From a virus (taxonomy: Duplodnaviria > Caudoviricetes), in the IMG/VR virus record IMGVR_UViG_3300045738_002091, positions 1 through 57,301 of that record: a stretch of 57,301 nucleotides of DNA; one strand, given 5' to 3'. Position 1 is the first letter of the stretch. Every line of letters starts with the position of its first letter. Position numbers and translations under genes: made by a program. Positions 19,901-29,500 of the stretch are shown here, in pieces. Under the pieces are notes generated by a model. The model saw only the letters and a list, made by a program, of their open reading frames with translations, made no database searches and was not told where the DNA came from.

Positions 19901-20529
19901 ATGACGGTGAAAACACAATTTTCTTTACTGATGAATATAGCGAAGAAGCTACGGTTACTGGCGTTAACATAACTATATTTAGTTCTGGAACAATAGAGAA
20001 CATTTCAGGCGAAACTCTGACTATCCAAGATAGTCAACTTAGTAATTTTGGATATTCAGGAACTCAAATAACAATCCAAGGTGATTCCGTAACTTCTATG
20101 ACTGGAGAAGCATCCGGTTTAACGATCACTCAAAACGCTGGAACTGCAAATTATCATTTTTCTGGTGCTGCGGGAGGTAATACATATTTAAATACAATCA
20201 CAGCCAATAGCGCTTTTTCGGCCATAGGTTACGATAGCACTACATTTAATGTAACTGGAAACGATGCAACTATTAATTCTAGTGTCTGTAATATCGATAC
20301 AGAAAATATCACTACATACGAATCAACAAATTCGATAACTGGAACAACTATTGATGACATTTTTATATCTGGCATAGGAAATGTGACCTATATAGACGTA
20401 CAGGATGGAAACCTATCGTTTACGGGGGCTAGTGATTCGACAAATATCATAAGTGGTGCGAATACTGTAAATGCAACAGGAGTAAGCTATATTATTTATA
20501 ATTCTACGGTAACTATTGGTGGCGAATAA
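13969..20529 (+). CDS. Large virion surface/fibre protein: multiple IPT/TIG Ig-like repeats, a LamG domain and a C-terminal TG-rich repeat region (2186 aa)
   Basis: Repeated IPT/TIG starts (ITGINPTSGYEADQVVLSGVNF, IDTITPTSGRHGDTITLSGESL, ITGISPSGGFPGESLSIFGSGF). LamG-like LHLSAEN..SY.GTGATWNDIS...FNGVDQYV...YHVVHATWDG...IHMYS.ALS..EI. C-terminal xTG/xSG repeats. Confidence 0.75.
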   Translation: MAYKHVTTGSIGESIIVSGENLSSVNKVFYSQQPAYAEGARFFGIDFEFLESIVPDSVQWGPITIVADIIAKSGTSDFDFVPNPEIISLDDYSPSASVTIGVSGRALSGVTGAYFGIEEDGTHRDSNLTGIVLSGSVTSIGELPIIVPTGNISGMFKIVGQSGLYDVSDKLSVSAKITGINPTSGYEADQVVLSGVNFIPEALYLSGADYYEVSFGNGVRGSFKIDSTNVLTGHVPYHADSGMVNLVNSNNGLHTGGIDFNVLISPPTVISSEPESGVPAGYSLTDAFSIFGSNFVDITGVYSYPSYETSFDINTANNLIDPFQLNFNLQNRNQLQISAPSGTGYQNLVIQTEHGTGQGEEVFFLKYAPVVSGFGPRSLVAGDDIYITGSGFFTDHLLVYFSGLGPEEQFKTKIFVDIQSVIGDARDTSPPNTQQVMTVTNPGLSSSTSYKLIVENGVGIGVSSLSASFLGHPKIDTITPTSGRHGDTITLSGESLGGNVDNLKHGFGIDIPYFSPIAGESATGMTFTVPDKQTYLSNDLFYGKRYNRIIVGSSAGSSTSEEYFLTIPDDIVCSGFIPEVVFPADEIIISGGNLELVKNVIFSGGLKDGVRQRSIVRVKNDGMVTEFHPLGSDSPKTGISIRVPGDVSDGKIILSGIYSSCQTTQELIIDKDPADITIISGSGVFGDKIRVSGENLHGQALWFRGYRTGTIDISNPVDDPFGEFIELNKGPLEEFIPPLSTEYVTDPHGFEVVDITIPATVPEFSELYVSRIGISSPSRRDFKALRTGVFVFPIVSGISHTEIHVGDTLYVTGVNAMGTLENAVGISGTGIPNLFSDISTDAKEIEFVSKYNTKITQLPEQDGVPSWMDLGGWHIPNWPKELFDSGDPLAHKFNANIRKHVHGSGVVDTTPPTGTYVIPIEVGDNFVGTGFIFLFFDEHKVHKQDEGATATSTDVGYKTLHWGHNKIVERGPDSVSFKGKTYQGRRFDDFDFDGDGKNDTFLWSGYTHETNYENRGEEYSPFWTGFSGSYNDERFGDILYTKHPLVILPEIIEITGISPSGGFPGESLSIFGSGFKNATEVFITLDDVGEDHDLQVKKELTVINKEYEYISTKIPSVDWQTNQERKSGYITVKTRYSTANSSGLESGHVTIERPPDFTGFYPDYGIEGETVFYIGGTNLKYINSLWLRSNTDYETVDVTYWGFENRENDTIGISGLTPQGMLPLPDDFTIFGSATDSASTTSVGPYTVVVGDLTVHGSLYVAESAYIQEDLVVSGNTFAYQDLDVSGEYLLDGIPFDAGSLIKRLPRENKILHLSAENKFSYIGTGATWNDISKSKNDATLINSPTFGVNELEFNGVDQYVTLPMIEPLKVQDFTIGIFFKPNEVGGTIATPIIAAPNLIPTELVSYDISYDSNRRFFSNITFTDETSSTVFTDQVDTGSYHVVHATWDGTIHKIFISGEEANSNTPAAGKIISYTDTSLNILTNRTASQFVEGDLRDIHMYSGALSGNEIYDIYSNLNNVFIYDRDLVISGGKIKIYEQDNPSNFGIYEDNFISLSGENAGISINGHLLDPQSERYKWENVTIGDKIDFVSSQGTGTSTSITGTTDHTLVGSVLLEMQDAGQWRNVKVVFGTLLFPGLNSIKDFEVRIGSDVMDWPYKFSGIDTTISTDSTDVTFIAEGLPVGYIAESPLLLDVYARPTTFEWLGDLTQYRTIYGAGVYGTGSGVGVWNITTEGNVELAFQPNTGEGSIIGTAIYTGDGISDSFQLEYTEGDTERIFVSLDGIELVPEIDFTIVDLTGVKINSAPSAGEEVFLRQISNSIVVQPTTNIVNFGDISGLTLSDLSTGTQMHFSGEISSLDVENYNIYDSNVSITGGGQTIHNEFSGITVNIDNNATATAVNVFTEPGGDSTMTSTNANVVVANEGVTSYITNLNTAYIFAETGAGKVFITGGQNLLTGNVYITGGENIVSGGLSTVSINDGENTIFFTDEYSEEATVTGVNITIFSSGTIENISGETLTIQDSQLSNFGYSGTQITIQGDSVTSMTGEASGLTITQNAGTANYHFSGAAGGNTYLNTITANSAFSAIGYDSTTFNVTGNDATINSSVCNIDTENITTYESTNSITGTTIDDIFISGIGNVTYIDVQDGNLSFTGASDSTNIISGANTVNATGVSYIIYNSTVTIGGE

Positions 20530-23500
20530 ATGGATATTGAACTCATACAATTAAATTATTCGACTGGCTACATAACCGGGCAAAATGTGTCTGTTTATGA
20601 TAGTACCATTGTCGAGATGAATATCACTGGAATCAGCCCAATCGTCTCGATTACTAGTGGTACAACTTATTTTTCCGATTCCACAGCCTACGTAACGGGA
20701 AATATAAATGTAGAAGACGGAGGAATTCTCACTGGTGAGATAATAGGAAACGTTACCATTTCTGGAGGTACGTCTTATCTGACTACAGACAGTAGTGTTT
20801 CAATTTCCGGCGGAACGAATACCATTACGGGATCTTCTGTTTTCGCTACGGGAGAAAATTTAAATATTTCCTATGGCGTAACCACAGCCACAGGAAATAA
20901 CATTAACATTACATCTGGCACTAATACAATAAGCCTTCTTTCTGAAAGCGATGTATATTTAACAGGCGGGACAAATATATTAAATGTATATTCGGGATCA
21001 GCTACAATAGGTGGAGACGTTGCGAATGTATACAATCAAATAGTCGATTCCACCAATACAACCGTAACCGGATATAATGTTAATATTACGGGCGGGACTA
21101 CGAACATAACGGGAAACAATTTTACTATATCCGATGGAACCAACAATATTAATAGCGGTAGTGGCATTGTCATAAATCATGGGCTTAACACTATTACAGA
21201 TTCTTTGGACGTTGATGTGCTTGGAACAGTAGAGGCTCTCTTTGATAACGAAGTTGCAGAACTTACTTTAATCGGAGGAGATCCATTAATTTATAAGCCG
21301 GATGCTGTCAATATTTATAGCGGTGAAGAAATTACAATACATGAGGCAATCACTGTCAATCTGAATGATGAGTCTTCTCTTAATCTACTGGGAGACGATA
21401 GCAAAATTATAAATGCTTCTACGCTTAACTTTACTGGCGATAATATTGATATAAGTAACTCGGGTTCTGGTATTGTCAATATCACCAGTATTGGAGATGC
21501 AACTGTAAAGGATAGCTCAAATATATATCTTTCAGGAACTGTAAATGTAACAGGAACCGTTATCAACTCTGGCTTGATTACGGTTACTGGTTCTGATTTT
21601 TCAATTTATAGCGGAGAGAATACCATTGGTAGCTCGACAGTAACTGTTAATTCTGACGATATAACGGTTCGTAATTTGAGTAACACTTATATAAATGGAG
21701 AGCTTCTATCGTTTCAAGACATTGAGATTCTTAACGCTGGTCAGCTTCAAATGACTGGGGATGCTACCATTTCAAATCTTGCTGGATCAATTAATATAAC
21801 TGGAGGAATCAATGAAATCACTGGCTTGGGTGATGGAATAATAGCTTTGTATGATTCATCAGGGGCAATTGTTAATACTTCTTCTTCTGTGTCCGTAACA
21901 GGAGGTCAAACAACCATTACATCTTCCGATACTGTTTCCTTAGTCGGGGAATCAGGATCTAGTTCTACTATCCACAATACTGGAAATGTTGGAATAACCG
22001 GGGGAACAATAGCAATAACCAACACAGGGGATGCTTCCGTAACGGGTTCTACCATAAGCTCGTTTAATTTGGTTTCTGGAACCGCACACTTTGTCTTGCA
22101 AACGGGTTTCATAACAGGAGGAGTTAATTATCTTACGGGACAGAATTTTAGCATCACATCCGGAACTAGCCATTTCACAGGAGATTCGATTTATGTTACC
22201 GATGGAACAAGTCACATTACGGGCAACAATGTATATATAACTGGACAAACAATAAGCGTAACCGGAGTGGGTGAATCAGTATTCGCGACAGGGCAGGACA
22301 TAACTATTAACGACGGAACAGTAAGCGCAACTGGTAAAATTTTTAACGTCAGTGGAAGCACGGTCAATATAACTGGACAACTTAACATCACTGGAACTAA
22401 CAACACAATAAATGCTGATACTGCATATTTAACAGGACAGTCTCTTAACATTTATTCCGGTACTAGCTTCATTACGGGAGGAGCGATTAGTGTATCTGGA
22501 GGCGTTGTAAATGTAACAGGGGTTACCTCTGGAACCTTCAACCTGAATGACGGTTCTGTATCGACGGTAAATCTTAGCGGAAGTGGAAATGTCCTTACGG
22601 TAAACGAAGGTGCTGTAATAAAGCTCGATATTGATGATGCAGAAAATTTGAATTTGCCTGATATAGACAGCGTGACTGTCATAAGTGGGAATACATATAT
22701 ATCTGGTCAAGAATTTTCAGGAATATTTATTACGGGCGGGACAACCAGCATAACTGGATTCATAGGTAGTGGAGTAACAGTAAATTCCGGTACGGTTAAC
22801 ATAAATTCCACTGGAGAGTTTACCCTTAATTCTCCAATCGAAGTCAACGTACACAACAAAGAAAGCGGAATAGTAAACTTTACTGGAACAGCAAATGTAT
22901 ATAGCGGGGCTAATTCAATTACGTCAGTTTCAGGAGCGATTATTTCCATAACTGGAGGAACCAATAGTTGGAGTGGAGGAGTCGTAACCATAACAGGTGG
23001 AACAAATTATATTACCGGAGATGTTTCAATAACCGGAGATCAAATAACCATTACGGGAAGTAGTGGAACAAATCAATATATAACCGGAAATTCAATAACA
23101 ATCCAAAGCAGCACAAATACAAACATATCAGGGATCAGTGGTTCTACTTTCGATATTGATGAAAGCATTAATATTTTTAGCGATATACAAGATTCTACAT
23201 TTACAATCGAAGACGTTAGTACTCTAAATTTAACGGGCGGAAGCCAAACAATTAACGGAACAATATCGCAACAGAACCAATATATGTTTGGGGGTAACAT
23301 AACAGGGACTGTGATAGTTTCGGGTGGAACACATACATTTAATACTTACGGTGATACTGATATAAACTTATACAGCGGGGAGCATAGTGTAACAGGAGAT
23401 TCTATAAATATAACAGGTGGATTTGTTAATATCTTTAATATAGAAAGTGGTGCAACAAATACGTTTTCTGATAGCGATGTTGATATAAGCATAAATACAA

Positions 23501-26500
23501 CCAGTGGTGATTCTACACTCGTAGTTTCTGGAGACGTTAATTCCATATCCACAAGTGAGTTATCTGTTGATACGTTAACCGGAAATCTTATCTCATTTAC
23601 GGGTTCAAACGTGACAATACAGACTGGTGATGTAAACGACATAAGCATAACCGGATATAATCAAGTGGTTAATTTGTCTTTTGGTTCACAATCTATATCA
23701 AAGGACTCGATAAACGTTGGAGATATTAACACTTTCATTTTACAGAATTCTGGAATTAATACGATTACTAATTTAACGGGACGTTTTGTTTCGATTATAG
23801 ATGGAGCGATAGATTTAAATAATGCATATGGTGATATTTATTCTTACTCTGGAGATATAAACGTTTCGAATACTGGAAATACATTCAATACTACAGGTGG
23901 AAATATCTACCATAACATCACTGGAAACGTAGACACCATTACCGGAGGCATAAATACTATTTATTCCACTTCTACCTTAAATCTACAAACAAATGAATTA
24001 ACCGTTAGTGGTGGAACCAACTACATAACAGGAGATACAGTTACTGTTACGGGAGGAATCAATTATCTTACTGGGACTGATCCCGGAACATTCTCGCTTA
24101 TAAGCGGAAGCAACTATATAACCCTAAATGACAATAATCTGGAATTAACAGGCGGCACAAATATAGTAACAGTCAATAGTGGAAATGTAAGCATTACTGG
24201 AATTACTACAATTTCGGGTGGAGCAATATCCGTTTTGGGAGACGTAAGTGAAGTAAGTGATTCTACGATAGTCCACAATGTTTCTGGAACTAATGTTGAC
24301 ATAGAAAGTATGACCGGAAGCATTACTGCCGTAAATGCATCTATAACTGGAATCATACTTTCAGTAACTGGAAATACAATAAACGCAACAGGGCAGGTTA
24401 ATGCCACGGGAGAAACTATTAATGTCACTGGCACGGCTTACATTAATGGATCGGGATCGAATATTTATGTTACTGGAATTGCCAATACAACAGGCTCAAA
24501 CACCAATATACTTGGGTCGGGAAATACGATTTCAATATCGGATTCAGATATTGTAATTTCTGGGGGAACTGTTTCTGACGTTAGTACAACTGGGCTTATA
24601 ATTAATCAGGGAACAACATATGTCACTCCGCTTACAGATAGGAAAATAATTCATACAGCATTTTATTCGTCTACTGGAGAAAGAAATTATGTAATTTCAG
24701 GTGGCGTTCCAACTGGTGAAGAAAATCTTATTGTCTCAATTGGTGGTATCATTATGAATCCATTTGATGATTATGCCATAAGTGGGACCAGCGTTCATTT
24801 AATCGCTTCTCCAAGTTCTGGAGAAGAAGTCGAAATAAGAAATTTCTCCTCAGACCAAGCTGATATACCAATTTCGATAATTGATGCGGCAAGCGTAAGA
24901 TTCACGGGCGGTAGTCAAACCGTTACGATAATTGATCCAAATGTGGCATACCTCTATCCAGAAAGTGGGAATGTAAGCGTAACAGGTGGCTTGGTTAATT
25001 TATACAATAGTTCCTCTACTCAAGTTGGCGTGACAGGTACTGGAATTACCATCACTCAAGGAATTATAACTATTTCTGGACAAACATCTCCCCCCATAAG
25101 CAATTCGACAGTCAATTTCTATGGCGATACCACAAATGTTATTACGGGCGATAATGTTTCTATTTCGGGTGGTGATAATTATATTAGTGGCGCTGTAGGC
25201 ATAGCTACGGCTCTTGGTTATTATTCAAATGCTGAAGCTTCGGGCCTAATGGATTCCGATATAAATATATATAGCGGAATTACATACATAACTGGTGGAT
25301 ACTCACTTGCAACTGCTGATTCGTCCTCCACAGCAACGGCTATATCGAATGTTAATGTAAATATGAGCGGGGGAATCAATACGATAAACACTCCGAACGT
25401 ATCTATTACTGGCTACCTTTTAGAAAATGTAAATCTTACGGCAACAAGTGGTGACATAAACGTAACCGGGCACTCTATTACCATTACGGGTGACAATATA
25501 ATAAACGCTAGTGGAAATTACCTAACAGTACAAAGCGGAACAGCTAACATTGAAATTACGGGCGATAATCCTATCAGTATCACAGGAGGATTAACTAATC
25601 TTACCATTAGTGGAACGACTAACATTATTGGTGGAGAAAACATTTTTAATATAAACAGTGGCGCTATCTCAGAGGTTTATACTAGCGGAACCAACACTAT
25701 TAATTCAGGGACAAGTTATGTAACTGGGCAATCTATTACTATAAATTCTGGAATAACTTATTTCACTGGGCAAAACACAGGATTAAATATAAATATTAAT
25801 TCTGGAATTACATATTTTACCGGAACAAATAATGACATAGATGTAATAAGTGGAGTATTTTACTTAACTGGTAATAATTCTGGGGCTTCCGTAAATACGA
25901 CTGGAGGCCAAAATTACTTTAGTAATCTTGAGAATCTTAATTTAAGTGGTGGTGACAATAATTTTGAAGATGCTCTAATAGAAAATATTAATCTTAACAC
26001 AGATACGATAAATATATATAGCGGCACTACATATGCAACTGGAGAGAACATAAACATAACGGGTGGTTTGAACTACGTAACTGGAGCTCGTGACATATGG
26101 ATTTACGGTGGAGAAAATATAGTTACCGGAGAAGAAGGAAAAACTTTTATAACTGGAGGAATCAATGAGATTTCGTTTGAAGGTTTTGGCTTTGCCTTTA
26201 TTAGATACGGAACCAATTATATAACAGGAGGCATTAATGAAATCGAAGCCCTTGGCCCCATTAGTATAACAAGCGGCACGAGTTATTTCACTGGGATTCA
26301 TACAGGACAAATCAATATAAACACTGGGATTAGTTATATCACTGTCACCGGAGATGTAATAGTCACTGGGGGGGTAACTCACATTACGAATACAGGATCA
26401 ATTTCCATCGATCCAGAAACTGCAAATATCTATAGCGGAACCAACTCAATTACGGGAACGCAAACAATCTATATAACTGATGGTATCAATATTTGGAGCG

Positions 26501-29500
26501 GGGGAACCAATACCATAACCAACGGCCAAAACTACATAACTGGGGACGTTTCCATAACTGGAGTAGATATAACGCTAAATGAAAGTACCATAGCCTATGC
26601 TACGGGGTCCTCCTTTACCCTTAATAACGGTGCAACTGCTAACGTAACTGGAAATCCCCCTGTCTATATTACGGGAGGAACTGCTGTAATTTACAACAGT
26701 GGGCAAACAGACGTAGCAAGCGGAACAAATGTCACAATCCACAACTATGCAGAGATGGATATGGTAGTCGAAGACGTGAACATAGTAGGCGGAACGAATA
26801 CTATATCCGGCGAAACACTTGGCGACATAAACATTAGCGATGGCACAAACTATATAACTGGAGATCCCTCTATAACGGGTTCTACGATAAACATTATAGC
26901 CGATTTGGTAACAGGGGTATCGGGACAAACAATAAATGTGAACAGCGGAGACGTTAACACAACTTTAATAGAAAATTCCACCATCATTTCCAATTTTGGA
27001 ACCATAAATACTTCTGCCGGAGTTTCGATAACGGGAAGTACAATAAACGTTGAAACTGGTTCTACAAATTATATCTCAGGACATACGGTAAATGTTTACA
27101 GTGGTATTAACATAATAGATTCTGAAGAGGGTGCTACTATTAGTGACTCGACTAATACATTTAATGCAACTGGCACTTTGAATTTTGATCTCATTGGAGC
27201 AACCGATAATACTTTCACATTTACTGGCGATAGCAACATAGTTAACATTACTGGAACAACTGTTTTTGGCGACATCACGATAAATAGTGGGCAAACTGCG
27301 ATTACCGGAGCAGAGATAGTCCTCTATGGGGGGGTTGCTACTATTCATTCTGGCGAAGATATTTTTCTAATTAATTCGATAAATACGATAAGTGGCGGAG
27401 AAAATGTTTATGTTCTTGGAGATAAAAACACATTATCTGGAATTACCATTGTCTCCTTTACTGGTAACGATAACTCTATATATGATTCTGTACTATATGC
27501 TGACGAGGTAAATATTGCCTCTGATACGATTAATACAATTCGAAGCGGCAACATCTCAATAGATGGCGGCTTGAATTCTTTGTATAATTCCACTGGAGCA
27601 AATATATACATAAGCGATACGGGCAACACCGTAAACATTACAAGCGGCACTAACATAAATATAGTAGGAACTGGGAATTTCCTATTTACTAGTGGTGATT
27701 TTACAACGGTAAATACAGAAGTATTTTCTGGGACTGATGCAACAATATCTGGACTTAATATCACTGGTGGAGGAGCCGCATATATAACAAACCAAGGCTC
27801 AGAAGTAATAAGCAACACAAATGTTCAATCCGGCGGGATTGCGTACCTAACTGGTAATTCCTTTACCGTTTCAGATATAGATGGAACTGCTTATATAACT
27901 GGAAGAGATATACAAATATCAGATAGCACGTTAATCAATAGTGGCGACCATGTAATAATAACAGGAACCTCTCTAGTCGTACAAGGTGGCGTAAATAGTG
28001 TTACTGGTAACTCTATCTCCATAACTGATAGTACAAATACCATATCTGGTCATCAGGATTTAATTACAATAACAGGAGGTACTTCGTACATAACTGGTGA
28101 CACAGATATATATTCAGGTACGAATTACGTTACAGGCACGACCATTAATATAACTGGTGGTGATATTATCGCAGAAGCAAATCTTGTCAATATCACTGGA
28201 GGGACAACGACTGTAAATGACAGTTCAGCCCATGTAACCGGAGAAAATATATCGATCTATGATTCTACGAATTATGTGACCGGGGGGGCAATCTATGTTA
28301 CTAGTGGAATCATAAATGCAACTGGAGATAACAGCACGATTATAGTAACGGGTAATGAATTAGTAAATCTCACAGATAATGATTTAGCCTATATAACCGG
28401 AGAAAGTATATCCATCCATGATTCTACGAATTATGTGACCGGAGGAATAATCAACATTACTGGCGGAATCGTAAACATAACTGGGGATAACAGCACAATT
28501 ACAATAACGGGTAATGAGTTAGTAAATGTCACGAATCATGCTATAGCTTCAGTGACTGGATCTGACATAGATATCGAAAATAACGATGGTGGAACAATCA
28601 GCATAACTGGGACAGTAGATACCATAAGTAATGGCACAAACTATATTTTAACTGGAGATTATTCTACCGGAATATTCAATATCACAGGTGGTACTTCTAA
28701 TATATATATTCAATCGTCAGGTAGCCATGCAAGCGTCACTGGCAATGCAAATATATACAGTGGAAATGTATTTGCCACTGGAAATGAGATTTCCATAAAT
28801 GGAGGTATCAATTCTCTCACTGGGGCTAATGTAAATATTACGGGTGGCACAAGTTATATAACTGGACATGAAGAAATAGTCATAAACAATGGAACCAACT
28901 ACATAACTGGAGCCGATATTGGTGTCACTGGGGGGACTAACGATATAACAAATCTAGGAGTGTTGGTTCTTGATACTCCCATTGGCTATATAGATGGTGG
29001 TACAAATCTAGTTACGGGAAACAACATTACCATTACTGGCGGTACAAATCATGTCACTGGACATGAAGATATATATATCACAAGCGGAACTTCGTTTGTC
29101 ACAGGAGGAGATGTATTTATTACCGGAGGTACGGTTTACTCGACAGGAAATAATATATTTGCAACTGGTCAAAATATCAACGTTTCTGGGGGAACAAGTT
29201 ACATCACTGGGATAACCGTTTCCTCAATTGGGAATAATAATCATATTTCTGGGAATACAGCCTATATAACGGGTGAAACATTGACTATAAATTCGCAAAC
29301 GAATTATATAACAGGAACAGACATATCGATCAACGATGGAACCAATACGATCACTGGAATCGTGACACTTATAGATGGGGGGGTAAACTACCATAGCGGA
29401 GTGACCCTTAATATTACTAACGGAACCACCTTCGCTACAGGAACCTATTTTAATATCACTGGTTCTACCAACTACATAACGGGTTCTGTCGTTAATATTA

